The notes under the pieces were generated by a model. It had not been told where the DNA came from and made no database searches. It saw only the letters and a program-made list of their open reading frames with translations. Position numbers and translations under genes: made by a program. 64,000 nt of DNA from assembly GCF_018977255.1 (NCBI RefSeq), contig NW_024704742.1, positions 134,294,001 to 134,358,000 on the forward strand, in the 5' to 3' direction. Shown in pieces: positions 36,487-49,505 of this stretch. Source of the DNA: Callorhinchus milii (lineage: Eukaryota). Numbering within the stretch: the stretch's first letter is position 1; each line of letters starts with the position of its first letter.

Positions 36487-37897
36487 GCAGGATGAAAGAG
36501 AGTTAAAATTATGTGGTGGTGGGGAGAGAGCAGGGGATTTGCAGTAAACCCAAGTTAGCTGAAATTCTCACAGTGATTCAAAAGTAATTACTGTCCAACA
36601 TAGTGACTTTTCTATAGACAGCCGTTTACATAATTAGATGCACCTACTCTCTGTAGCTCAGTTCACACCTAATTATTTCAACCTGAAGGTCTCTAACTCC
36701 AAGAGTGCTCCCGAAACGAAAATGATCAAACTAAATCAACAAACAAAAATATCTTAAGATTGAAGCTATGTTGGTTAAGAAGTGAATTCAGAAAAAAAAA
36801 TCACAGAGGGTTGTGGATTTGTGGAATTCACTGGCACAGAAGGCGATGAACATGTTTACAAGATAAGTATTTGGGAAAGATTTTAAGCAAAATGGAGAAG
36901 AGAAAGGGGAAATAGGAGATCTGCCATTACCTAATACACTGGAGAGAGAGGCTCGATAAGCAGAATGATGCCTTCCTGTTTCCATAATCCAATGATAGCC
37001 CTGTTCTTGCCAAGCGGTTGTTTGAAGTGTTGCTAGCTCAGAAACCTTAATATAGCTGAATCCTCTAGGGGCAAGGCATCGGGAATTCCAGAGAATGGGG
37101 ACAGAAGATCTAAATGCAATGTTTATATTGTTCCCGGGCAGGGTAAAACTTCAGGCAAATTCCTTAGTTCCACACCCTTCTGTTTACCTAGCAGCAAGTC
37201 GGAACCAGGTTGTTACAAAACCCCCATTCTTACCTTCAAGGCCCTCCACAGTCTTGCTCCACCCTACCTCTCCGACCTCATAACCCCATATCAGCCTGTC
37301 CGCTCCCTCTGCTCGGCCGACACCGGCCTGCTTCATGTCCCCCACATTTACTGTCCCACCATTGGCGGTCAAACATTTAGTATCTCTGCCCCCACACTCT
37401 GGAACTCTATCCCGCAATCCCTCTGTTTCAACGCCTCTCTTGCCTCCTTCAAGTCCCGTCTGAAGGCCTTCATCTTCGACCGTGCCTTCGGCCAAAAGCC
37501 CTGATTGTCCAGCGCGCTGCGACATCTTTCCGACGTGAAGGACGCTATACAAGTGTAATTTGTTGTTGTTGTTAGTCAATGGCAGATCGCTTTGCAGGGA
37601 TAGTAATCCCTTTAAAAAAAAGAATAAATTGGTCACTCAATCCACAATTTGTGAGACACTGCTGTGCACAATTGGAAGCCCACAAAACATACAGTCAATT
37701 CACTTTACATATTCTGTGAAGCGCTTTGAAATGTCTCAAGGATGTGATGAGGCGTCATATTAAATGCAAGGGTTATCATTATTATTATATTCTGGGAAGA
37801 TCTTTGAGACGCCTTGAAGACGTAATAAGGCGATATATCAAATGGAAGGATTATATCAAATGGAAAGATGTTTAATACTCATGTTTCTTTTTGACAG

Positions 37898-40800
37898 GCC
37901 GAAATACAACCTTTGCTTTTAGAAGCTGGGGAAAGATGTTTTCCTGAAAATACTATCAGCTCAATGAGCAAAGTAGATGATCACAGTAACTGCAGGACGT
38001 GTGATGACAAGCAGACACCAGACCCCGATATTATATCCTTGTCACAGCAGGAGGATTGCAGTTGTCAATCTGACAGCACAAGGCTCGAGACAAAGTGTGA
38101 AATGCAAACAAATGTCTTGTTCACAAAGAGCATGACTTCAGAAAGCAGTGACTTCAAAGACAAAGGTGTTGAGCACAAGCCGGATGAACTATTGCTGTTG
38201 TCTCTGAGTGGTGAAAGGGATGAATTGGATCCGGCTTTAGGTGTGACGGAATGCAGATCATTCAGTCCTGTGACACAACCAACAAATTTTCTTAACACCT
38301 TGCATGATCGCACAGTGCAATCTTTGGAGGGTCTAGAAGAGAAAGTTTGTGAAGAACACAAGGACACTCAGGCTTCAGTGCAGTGTATGGGGGCAGATGC
38401 TGGCACCGCTAATGTGAGTTCTCCAAACCGTAGCGAAACGTTGAGTTTTCGAGCATCTGCATTAACTCCAGTTTGGCATCTGGATAAAGAACAGTCAGTG
38501 GTTGAGCACAGGTTGGCTGAACCAGTACTGTTATCTGTCAGTGGTGAAAGGGATGAATTGGATCTGGCTTTGGATGTGATGGAAAACAGAACGTTCAGTC
38601 CTGTAACTGAATCAACAGTAGCTTCTGCACAGTCAGTGGACTCATTACTGATTACGATTACTGATGATAAAGTGATGGCAAGAGAGGAAATGATAGATCG
38701 GAATGCTGGAGAAAATGAGACTGAAAGCATCAATCAAAAAGACACGTCAATCAGTGAATATCAGGGGCCTTACACAGTGCAGGATGTCATAAGTGGTGAC
38801 CATCAAGTGTGTGCCATCAATGAAAAAGTGGGTGAACAATCTGCTTACCCCACAGAGATATCCAAGTCTCCTGTTAAGGATGGAGGATGTGTTGGGGAAA
38901 AAGGTGAATTTGGTCAAAACATTGCAAGTTCAATTCGTGAAGGTGATGACCTCACATGTATGTCTGCACAACCTCAAGGAAGTGAAGCTGATTGCGGGAT
39001 GGAAAGCGGACATATGGCTGACCTTCTTATGCCTCTAATAACAGCAGATTGTGACCTAGAAATGGAGATTCCTTGCGATAATCTTTCCATTCGTGATATA
39101 GACATGGAACCCTTTAGACCATGGGTAGAATTGCACCTTCAAAACACGGATCCATCATCCGTTCATCACAAAGGGTCTGAGTCCAACGTATCAAAGGCAG
39201 AAGACCAATATGGAAGAGTGGATATACTCCGAGATAGTCAGACATCTGTGGCCATGTCCGTACACATTTCAAATGTCGCAGACACTTGTTCCACCATCGG
39301 TTTGACCGATAGTCAATGTTTGGATGAAGAACTGAAATCCTCTTTGGATGTTTATAATGATAATGCAGCTGGGCTCAAAAATAACAAAGCCAATTTGCCG
39401 GTTACGAAAAGTTCTCAAGTTGAGTCCAGCCCAATAGTTGCATGTGGACGCAAAATTGTACCCATTGTGCCACTTTCTCACTCCAGTGTTGGTCTTGTAG
39501 AAGGCTTTACTCCAATGCCAGTGCCTCAGATCAGTGCTGTGCACAAAGTAATAACCAGTGAACTGGAAAAATCTGCTTATGGATTACAAAACATCACTGA
39601 AAATATTCTTCTCAACACCACTGCAGAAGAGCATGACCAAACTGTTCAGCCTTTGGAGGGTCTACAAGAGAATGTTTGTGAAGAACACAAGGACACTCAG
39701 GCTTCAGTGCAATCCATGGGGTCACAGACTGGCACAGCTAACGTGACTTTTCCAAACAGTAGCAAAGCATTAAGTTTCCCAACAACTTTGGTTCCTCCAG
39801 TTTTGCATTTGGATAAACAACAGTCAGTAGCTGAGCACAAGTTGGCTGAACCGGTGCTGCTTTCTGTCAGTGGTGAAAGGGATGAATTGGATCTGGCTTT
39901 GGGTGTGATGGGAAACAGAACGTTCACTCCTGTGATAGAAGCAGCAGTAGCTGATGCACAGCCGGTGGACTCAATACTGATTGTAGATTGTGAGGTGATG
40001 GCAAGAGAGAAGGTGTCTCTCTCCAAAATGACAAATTGTAACTCCGGAGAAAATGAGACTGAAAGGGTCAATCAAGAGGACACATCCACCACTGAATGTC
40101 AGGGGCGTTGTACAGTGCAGGATGTTATAAACGGTGACCATCACACATGTGCTATCAACGAACAACTGGGTGAGCAATCTACTTATCCTACTGTGTTGTC
40201 CATGTCTCCTGTTACATGTCCACCATTTATAAATGCTAAGCCCAACATTCAGACAATATCAGGCCAAGTTCTGAATTCTGAACCTGTGCTGGATTTGGAA
40301 GACAATTTCCAAACACTGCAAAACCTGGGAGAACCTGACATTAAAGTGGACACCTCAGGATCGCCCATGCCATCCTTAACAAAAATGAACAAAAGTGATG
40401 GGTCTCTATTAGCAACAGCACAACTTCAACCAGCCTTGGTTAGCAATACAAGTGACAATGCAATGAGCATCATGGAGTTTATTGTGGCAAATAAGCAAGA
40501 ATCTTCTACCGCATGCTTCGCCATAATAGAGACATCTGTTCATCCTCAAATGATACATGAGTGTGCAGTGGAGAAGGCTACCAAGGTTGTTTTAGTGGAA
40601 GATCACGAGAGAGTGCAGTTTGAGCATGATATCCTGCCGACCGATCCAGAGTCTCTGGAACCTTTGTTCGTCAAGGTATCAAACAGGGATAAGATGGATA
40701 TAATTCAGCCCATGCTTCAAGATCAGGTCCACTCGGTGATACCCGTCACAGAGATCCTTGGGGCTACTGAGCTTATCGCGGCTGTGAATTGTAAATGTTC

Positions 40801-43800
40801 GGAAGAGTCTTCACCACGTACAGACCAGTTTGTATTGCTTCAGGGGGAAGCTGGTCAATTCACCAAGGATTCTGGAATCAGTGTCACCCCATCGGCAGAA
40901 GATAAGCACACATCAGATCAGAGCCAAAGTGGGAAAGAGGAGTCTGGGAATGTCTCCGCTAGTCTAAAACTGGGCACTCCACCAGTAAGGCTCAAGAGTT
41001 TAATTGTGAGGTCAGTTGCTTTGGATGTGAACAACATTTCCCAAAAATTGGGACACCGAGGCAATTGGACAGGGTCAGAAGAACATTCTTCGTTGAATGC
41101 AGGTCAAGTGGCTGGCCAGTTACGGACAAAAACAGAACCAGGAAAGAGCTGCAGCGGAAACAAACCTGTATCCATCACTGGAGAAAACACAGACACCAAT
41201 GATGGCAAAAGTCATGAGCTGCCCAACGTTCTCAGGAGCCCAGAACCTGACACAATCCCCCACCCGGTTGTAAACTCAGTCACAAAGGCTGAACCAGAGA
41301 TGCAGATGGAACATGGCAAAGGGTTCCCAAGAGGGGATCTTAACAAATGCAGTGCTCCAGCTGCCTTGAGCTGCTTTCCATCGGACGTCAATGCCAGGAC
41401 TTCAAGGCAAAACGCGGATGCTGAACGTAAGGAAACGGTTTGCCAGACACTGGAGCCACCCAGCAACAAGACCTCCATATTGCTGGCTCAGCTGGATGTG
41501 ACAAATGTCGCACAAAGAAATAAGGACCACACTGAACTCCTGTGCGCTCAGCAAGCATCGAAAATCTCAGTGCAAGATGGGCAGAGAAAGGCTATTGGCA
41601 CTGTCTCCTCTATACCATCAAAGCCTTTAGCCAAGGGGAATGTTGCCTTTGTGCCATATATCACAAAATCCTTGGGGCTACTGAGCTTACAGCAACCATG
41701 AATTCTATGAGCTCGGAAGGGTCGTCACCATGTGTAGACCATGCTTCTGCCTTGTTTCAAGGAGAAGCCGGCCAACTCACTAAGGGCTCTGAAACCAGTG
41801 TTGCCCTTTCCGCAGAGGATGGTGACGCATCAAATCAAAGCCAAGGTGGGACAGAGGAGTCTGCTAATGTTTCCGCTGGTCTAAGACTGGGCGCTCCACA
41901 ACTAAATGAACAGCTCAAGAGCTTAATGGTGAGATCAGCTGCCTCAAGTGTGAACATCAGTTTCCAAACGTTGGGAAGCCAAGGTGATTGCAAGTCAGGA
42001 TCAGTTGAACATTCTGCGTTGGATGCAGGCCAAGTGGCTGGGCAGTTACAGCCAAAAACAGAGCCAGGGAAAAGCTGCAGTGGAAACAAACCTGCGTCCA
42101 TCACTGGAGAAAACACAGAAACCAATAAAGGCAAAAATCATGACCTACCCACAGCTCTCAAGAGCCCAGAATCTGAAACGGTCGCCCATCTGATTGTACA
42201 CTCAGTCACAAACTCTGATACCATAGAACCAGAGATCCAGATGGAACTTGGCAAAGGGTTCCCAGGAGGGGATCTGAACAAGTCAAGTACACCAGTTGTC
42301 TTTCATTGTTTTCCATCAGACAGCAAGATGACAAAGGCAAACGCTGAACGTAAGGAAGCGATCTGCGATACACAAAAGCCGCCCAACAAGCTCAAACTTT
42401 CTGGCCGGAGGAATAAGGACAACGACTGTCAAAGAGATAAGGATGGCATCGAGCTCCCACATGCTCAGAAAGTATCTAAAGTCTTAGTGAAAGATAGACA
42501 GAGGAGCATTGTTGGCTCGGTCTCCTCTACGCCATCAAAGCCTTTAGCCAAGGAGAGCCTTGCATTTGTACCATGTATCTCAGAGAACCTTGGGGCTACT
42601 GAGCTTACTGCAACCATGAATTCTAGGTTCTCGGAAAAGTCTTCAACATGTGTAGACCAGTCTGCTTTGTTTCGGGGTGAAGCCAGTCAACTCAAGAAGG
42701 ACTTGGGAACCACTGTTACCCTATCTGCAGAGAGTGCTAACACATCAGTTCAAAGCCAAGGTGGGACAGAGGAGTCTGCGAATGTCTCCGCTAGTCTAAG
42801 ACTGGGCGCTCCTCCAGTAAGCGAACGGCTCAAGAGTTTAATTGTGAGGTCAGCTGCTTTGGATGTGAACAACAGTTCCCAAACATTGGGATACCGAGGC
42901 ATTTGGACAGGGTCAGGAGAACATTCTGCATTGAATGCGGGTCAAGTGGCTGGGCGATTACGGGCAAAAACAGAACCAGGGAAGAGCTGCAGTGGAAACA
43001 AATCTATATCCGTCACTGGAGAAAACACAGAAACCACTGAAGGCAAAAATCATGACCTGCCCAATATTCTCAGGAGCCCAGAACCTGACACAATCCCCCA
43101 CCCGATTGTAAACTCAGTCACAAAGGCTGATACCATAGAACCAGAGATGCAGGTGGAACTTGGCAAAGGGTTCCCAAGAGGGGATCTCAATAAGTCCAGT
43201 GCTCCAGCTGCCTTGAGCTGTTTTCCACCAGAATTCAAGGCCAGGACTTCAAGGCAAAACACGGATGCTGAACGTAAGCAAATGGTTTGCCAGACAATGA
43301 ATCCATCCAGCAACAAGACCTCCATATTTCCTGCTCAGCTGAACGTGGCGAATGTCTCACAAAGAAATAAGGACTACACTGAGCTCCTGTGTGCTCAGAA
43401 AGTGTCGAAAATCTCAGTGCAAGATGGGCAGAGAAAGGCTGTTGGCACGGTCTCCTCTATACCATCAAAGCCTTTAGCCAAGGGGCATATTGCCTTTGCA
43501 CCATGTGTCACAGAGATCCTTGGGGCTACTGAGCTTACTGCAACCATGAATTCTAAGTGCTCGGAAAAATCTTCACCATGTGTAGATCATGCATCTGCCT
43601 TATTTCAAGGAGAAGCCGGCCAACTCACTAAGGGTTCGGGAACCATTGTCGCCCTTTCCGCAGAGGATGAAGACACATCAGATCAAAGCCAAGGTGGGAC
43701 AGAGGAGTCTGCTAATGTAAGACTGGGTGCTCCACCAGTAAGTGAACGGCTCAAGAGCTTAATGGTGAGGTCAGCTGTCTCAGGTGTGAACAACAGTTCC

Positions 43801-46800
43801 CAAACACTGCAAACCCGAAGCAATTGCAAGACGGTAGCAGGAGAACATTCTGCGTTGAATGCAGGTCAAGTAGCTGGGAAGTTACAGCCAAAAACAAAAC
43901 CAGGGAAGAGCTGCAGGGGAAACAAACCTGCGTCCACCACCAGAGAAAGCACAGAAACTAATAAAGGCAAAAATCATGACCTGTCCACAGATCTAAAGAG
44001 CCCAAAATCTGATACATTCACCCACCAGATTGTACACTCAGTGACAAATACTGATACCATAGAACCAGAGATCCATATGAAACTTGGCAAAGGGTTCCCA
44101 GTAGTGAATCTCAACAAGTCAAGTGCACCAGATATCTTGGACTATCTTCCATCAGACAGCAAGGTGACGAACACGGATGCTGAACGTAAGGAAACGGTTT
44201 GCAAGACACCAAAGCCACCCAACAACAAGACCCCCAAATTTTCTGCTCAGCTGAATGTGGAGAACGACACACAAAGAAATAAGGACAGCATTGAGTTACT
44301 GGCTAATCAGAAAGTATCTAAAGTCTCAGTGCAAGAAGGGCAGAGTGGGGTTGATGGCTCAGTCTCCTCTATGCTATCAAAGCCTTTTGCCAAGGGGAGC
44401 ATTGCCTTTGTACCATGTATCACAGAGATCCTTAGGGCTACTGAGCTTACCACAGCTGTGAATTGTAAGAACGCGGAAGCGTCGTCACCACTTGTATACC
44501 AGTCTGACTTATTTCAGGGGGAAGCCGATCAACTCACCAAGGACTCGGGAATCAGTGTCACCCTTTCTGCAGAGGATGATCACACATCAGTTCAAAGCCA
44601 AGGTGAGACAGAAGAGTCTGCTAATGTCTCCGTTGGTCTAAGATTGGACGTTCCACCAATAAGCGAACGGCTCCATAGCTTAATGGTGAGGTCAGCTGCC
44701 TTGGGGGTGGACAATAGTTCCCAAAGGTTGGGACACCGAGGCGTTTGCAAGATGGTGGCAGGAGAACATTCTGTATTGAATGCAGGTCAAGTGGCTGGGC
44801 GATTATGGCCAAAAACAGAACCAGGGAAGAGCTGCAGGGGAAACAAAACTGTGTCCGTTACCGGAGAAAAAACCCAAACCAATGAAAATTATGACCTGCC
44901 CAATGCTCTCAAGAGCCTAGAATCTGACCCAGTCGCCCACCCGGTTGTACACTCAGTCACAAACACCAATACCATAGAACCAGAGATACAGATAGAACTT
45001 GGTAAGCAGATCCCAGAAAGGGATATCAACAAGTCCAGTCCTCCGGCTTCAATGCCCTATTTTACACAGGCCTTCAAGACGACGACCACAGATACTGAAC
45101 ACAAGAAAACGGTTTGCCAGACACTGAAGCAGTCTGACAACAAGACCCCAAAATTTTATGCTCAACTGAATGCAGAGAATGCCTTACGACTTACGGGGTG
45201 TGAAAGAGATAAGGACCATGTTGAGCTCCCATGTGCTCAGAAAGTATCTAAATTCTCATTGAAAGATAGGCAGAGGAGGGTTGTTGGCTCAGTCTCCTCT
45301 ATGCCTTCAAAGCCTTTAGCCAAGGGGAGTGTTGCCTTTGTACCATGTATCACAGAGATCCTGGGGGCTACTGAGCTAACTGCAACTATGAATTCTAAAT
45401 GCCCGGAAGAGTCTTCACCACGTGTAGATAAGTCTGCCTTGCTTCAGGGAGAAGCCAGTCAACTCACCAAGGACTTGGGAAGTCCGCCCAGTTGCGTAAT
45501 TTCCGCAGGAGACAACCACACATTGGATCAAAGCCTCGGTGAGACAGAGGAGTCTGTTAATGTCTCCACTAGTCTAAGACCAGGCACTCCACCAGGAAGT
45601 GAACGGCTCAAGAACTTAAAGTCGAGGTTAGCTGCCTTGGGGGTAGGCAACAGTTCCCAAACATTAGGATGCCGTGGTGGTTGCAAGACAGTCTCAGTTG
45701 AACCTTCTGCTATGAATGCAGGCTATGTAGCTGGCCGATTACGGCCAAAAACAGAACCAAAGAAGACCTGCAGGGGAAATGTACCTGCATCCGTCACCAG
45801 AGAAAACAACAAAATCAATGAAGACAAAAATCATGACCTGTTCAACGCTCTTAAGAGTCCAGAATCTGACACAGTCGCCCACCAGGTTGTGCACATGGTC
45901 ACAAACGCCAATACCATAGAACCAGAGATGCAGATGGAACTTGGCAAGGAGTTCCCAACAGGGGTTCTTAACAAGTCTGGGGCTCCAGATGCTTTGCGCT
46001 GCTTTCCACTGGGCTTCAAGGCGAGGACTTCAAGGCAAAACAAGGAAGCTGAATGTAAGAAAATGGTATGCCAGACACAGAAGCTGCCCAGTAACAAGAC
46101 CCCCAAGCTTCCTGCTCGGCTGAATATGAAGAACGACTCACAGGAGCATGAAAGAGATAAGGATGGCAATGAGCTCCCAGGTGCTCCAAAAGTATCTAAA
46201 GTCTCAGTGCAAGATGGACAGGGGAGTATTGTTGGCTCGGTCTCCTCTACAGAGATCCTTGGGGCTAGTGAGCTTACTGCAGCCGTGAATAGTCAACGCT
46301 CGGAAGAGTCTTCACCACGTGTAGACCAGTCTGCCTTGTTTCAGGGAGAAGTCGGACAACTCACCAGGGTCTCGGAATGTCTGCCCAGTGTCTCCCTTTC
46401 CACAGAAGATGGCCACGCATCAGATCAAAGTGAAGGTGGGACAGAGGAGTCTACGAATGTCTCTGCTGGTCTAAGACTGGGCCCTCCACCAGTAAGTGAA
46501 CGGCTCAAGAGCTTAAAGTTGAGGTCAGCTGCCTCAGGTGTGGACAATAGTTCCCAAATACTGCAAAACCGAGGCGATTCTGCATTGAATGCAGATCAAG
46601 AGGCTGGGCGATTACAGCTAAAAACAGAACCAGGGAAGAGCTGCAGGGGAACCAAACCTGTGTCCGTCACCGGAGAAAACGCAGAAACCAACGAAGGTAA
46701 AAATCATGACCTGCCCAACGCTCTCAAGAGGCCAGAATCTGACACAGTCGCCCACTCAGTTGTACACTCAGTCACTAACTCTGATACTATAGAACCAGAG

Positions 46801-47515
46801 ATCCAGATGGAAATTGATAAGGGGTTCCCAAAAGGGAATCTCAACAAGTCCAGTGCTCCAGCTGGCTTGTATTGTTTTCCACCGGACTTGAAGGCAATAA
46901 GTAAGGATATTGAATGTAAGAAAATGGTTTGTCAGTCACTGAAGCCACCCAGCAACAAAATCCCCAAATTTCCTGCTCAACTGAATCCGGAGAATGATTC
47001 ATGGGAATACGAAAGAGATAAGGACATCATCGAGCTCCCACATGCTCAGACAGTATCTAAAGTCTCAGTGCAAGATGAACAAAGGAGTGCCGTTGGTTCG
47101 GCCTCCCCTCTGCCATCAAAATCTTTAGCCCAGGGGAACGTTGCCTTTGTACCATTCCACTGCATGACAACTTTAGCAGCCGCGACTACCAAAGAGCTGA
47201 TGTTGGGAGCCAGGAAGAAGGTTCATCTGCTGAAGCCACCTAGTGAGATCTCAGGTGCTGCCCCCGAGCCGGTCAGCCTCGTTGTGAAGGTAGATGATCA
47301 TCCCAAGAAGGAAGCTGTGAAGCGCTTATGTTTGTCCCCCGTCAGACAGGGGACAGTCCTGTCGGAGACGTGTTCCTCAGCAGAGAAAGAAAATTTCACT
47401 GAAGACATCACGGCAACTAAAAGGATTTGTCAGAAGGCCGGTGAGGAGGCTACTCAACACAACGATTACCAGGAGCTCAGAAAAGCACTGCAGCCTCAGC
47501 AGGAAGTGCAGAAAG
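37898..47515 (+). CDS. ALPK2: ALPK2 giant exon (~9.6 kb) containing internal repeats and one apparent frameshift at ~41665
   Basis: Acceptor tttctttttgacag at 37897. Overlapping ORFs 37913-41701 and 41542-47532 join if one A is added at 41665-41668. Donor AAAG|gtaaa at 47515 is in phase with the kinase exon. Confidence 0.85.
38168..40213 (+). repeat. Second coding repeat family: ~575 bp duplication (38303-38875 vs 39632-40213) plus a partial third copy (38168-38278)
   Basis: HD.TVQ.LEGL.E.VCEEHKDTQASVQ.MG...SPV occurs twice, and LLS.SGERDELD.AL.V occurs three times. Confidence 0.9.
40751..47155 (+). repeat. Seven tandem coding repeats of ~900-930 bp (~305 aa)
   Basis: The unit marker E[I/N]L[G/R]A[T/S]EL recurs at ~40751, 41666, 42583, 43513, 44425, 45355 and 46252. 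The last unit ends at AFVP, ~47155. Confidence 0.95.
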
Positions 47516-47996
47516 GTAAAAGTTTTCATTAAAGACTTAAACTCAATTTATACAGACTAGCATCCCGGAGCCCTTGGCAGTGGCGGAGTCCGCCCCCGAG
47601 CCACGGGGAGAGGGGGGTGGGAGGAGACTGGAAGCACGATCAAAAAGGAAAGTCTTTAGGTGGGATTGAAAGTGGGGAGGGAGGGGGCAAGGAGGAGGGA
47701 TTGAGGGAGAGTGTTCCAGAGTTTTGGGGCATAGTGGCTGAAGGTACGGCCACCGATGGTGGAACGGATTGGACGAGGGCTGAATTGGAGGCCGGAGCCA
47801 GATTTTATTATTATTATTATTAAGTGTAATCACAGTGTGGTTACCGGCATTGTACTTGCATGAATCCTGCGAGCAGAAAATAGAGACTCGGTGCCACAGA
47901 GGTCCTTATAGAAATGCAAGTTGCTGTTGTAGCCATACAGAGGGGTGGAGGGCACGGAATTCATGGTAGCATTCCTCCTTTTGTCATTCTTTCCAG

Positions 47997-48271
47997 GCGG
48001 GGAGGAGATTGAGCTGCTGCAACTCACAGTTGAAAAGGAGCTCACAACCCAATGTAACTTTGGTGGCCAGATGTGGGGTAGGATTGCGACAGACGAAGTC
48101 CATTTTGGTGAAGGTTTGCACCGCAAGGCATTTCGGACTACAGTTATCTGTGGCCTTTTACCTCTGTTTGATTCCGGGCACAGCTGTGTGTTAAAAATTC
48201 ACAACACCATTGCATACGGGACCAAATCAAACAACGATCTCATCGAGCTGAACTATAAGTTAGCAGTACAG
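47997..48271 (+). CDS. ALPK2: ALPK2 alpha-kinase domain exon 1
   Basis: 275 nt, GGEEIELLQL...GRIATDEVHFGEGLHRKAFRTTVICGLLPLFDSGHSCVLKIHNTIAYGTKSNNDLIELNYKLAVQ. HFGEG.HRKAF and IAYGT are ALPK2-type. Canonical splice sites. Confidence 0.96.
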
Positions 48272-49016
48272 GTAAAACTTGTTAACAGAAAATGGGAAGC
48301 TCCTTGGCATTAACCCATTATTGGGGATTAACCTTTGGAATCATTGTAAAGACACACAGTTAATACATATCGCTGCTAAAATCCTGTCCAGCGCTTTGAG
48401 ATGGCTCGACAACACAATAAGGCACTACATCAAATACAAGGATTATAATTACTTGTTGGTTGAATGGATGTTCCAGGAAATTGACTTTGATCAATTAACA
48501 CGGGGCGAGCATTGAGTGAGAAATTAGTTTTGAAAAAGGATAAGTGATAAGTTATTTAATGAGTTAAGTGCTGTGTGAAACCGCCTTCCTGCAACTATGG
48601 TTGAGTTTTCAGGTTTCAGGTTTAATCTCTGATGCTATCCCAGAGACCCTTCACCTCACCCCCTTACTCTCCACCACCAATCCCTGCCTTAAGACCGAAC
48701 TCTACAACCTTGTTTTAGGCACCTCTAACTCTTCCCCTTTCCTTCTCAGCTCCCCGCCCACCAGGCTCCCATCAGCTGTGTTAAGCTCTTTGAAAAGTCT
48801 TGCCAACAGGAAAGGCGTTGTATAAATGTGAATTTTTGTTGTTGCCTTTTAACAATGTTGTGGCGCAATTGAAAAGAGGAGGCAGCTTTTCCCCGTGTCC
48901 TGGCCAACAATTCTCCAGGGCAAGAGCTGATCTTTTAATTCATAGCTGTTTGAGCGACTTTTGCTAAGCATATAAACATTCGCTGTGTTCAGCAGGAAAC
49001 AACGGTAGTTTACTGT

Positions 49017-49386
49017 GGAGTAGTCCAATGGTTAGCGCGCTCGACTCTCAAGCAAGAGGACCTGGGTTCGATTCGCGGGCAGGGTGAAACCTTAGGCAAG
49101 TTTCCTTACTCCACACGCCTATTTACCTAGCAATAAGTAGGAACCCGGTTGTTAGTTCATTGGGAGATCGCTTTTCAGGGGTAATAATCCCTCCCCAATA
49201 AAACAGGTTCACTCAATTCACGCCTGTTTTGGGGACATTGTTGTGTGCAATTCGCTGCCACTTTCGGCCCCCCCCAAAAAATTCAGTCAATCCACTTTAT
49301 AGTATATTCTGTGAAGCGCTTTGAGACATCTTACCGACATGATCAGGCACTATATCAAATGCAAAGATTATTTATTATGATTATTA
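49017..49386 (+). mobile_element. tRNA-derived SINE, long variant
   Basis: Head, extra segment, Deu-like body and (TTA)n tail, ending just before the kinase exon 2 acceptor. Confidence 0.85.
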
Positions 49387-49416
49387 GTTACTGTGATCGC
49401 CGTCTTTCATTGCCAG

Positions 49417-49505
49417 GAGTGCCAAGTGCAGAACACTGCTCGGGAATACGCCTGTGGATTTGCAGCAGAGGGGATGTTACTAGATAACTTTGGAGATGGT
49501 CCTGA
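49417..49505 (+). CDS. ALPK2: ALPK2 alpha-kinase domain exon 2
   Basis: 89 nt, ECQVQNTAREYACGFAAEGMLLDNFGDGP(E). Bounded by ccag| and |gtgagt. Confidence 0.95.

Noticed and set aside
40751..47155. L[I/M]VRS in the repeats as MALT1 protease cleavage sites
   Set aside because: The match to the L-x-S/P-R preference is weak, and genomic adjacency is no evidence of an enzyme-substrate link.
37913..47532. Two separate large single-exon genes (1262 aa and 1996 aa ORFs)
   Set aside because: The ORFs overlap within one repeat unit and join with a 1-bp correction. Splice sites link them to the ALPK2 Ig and kinase exons.
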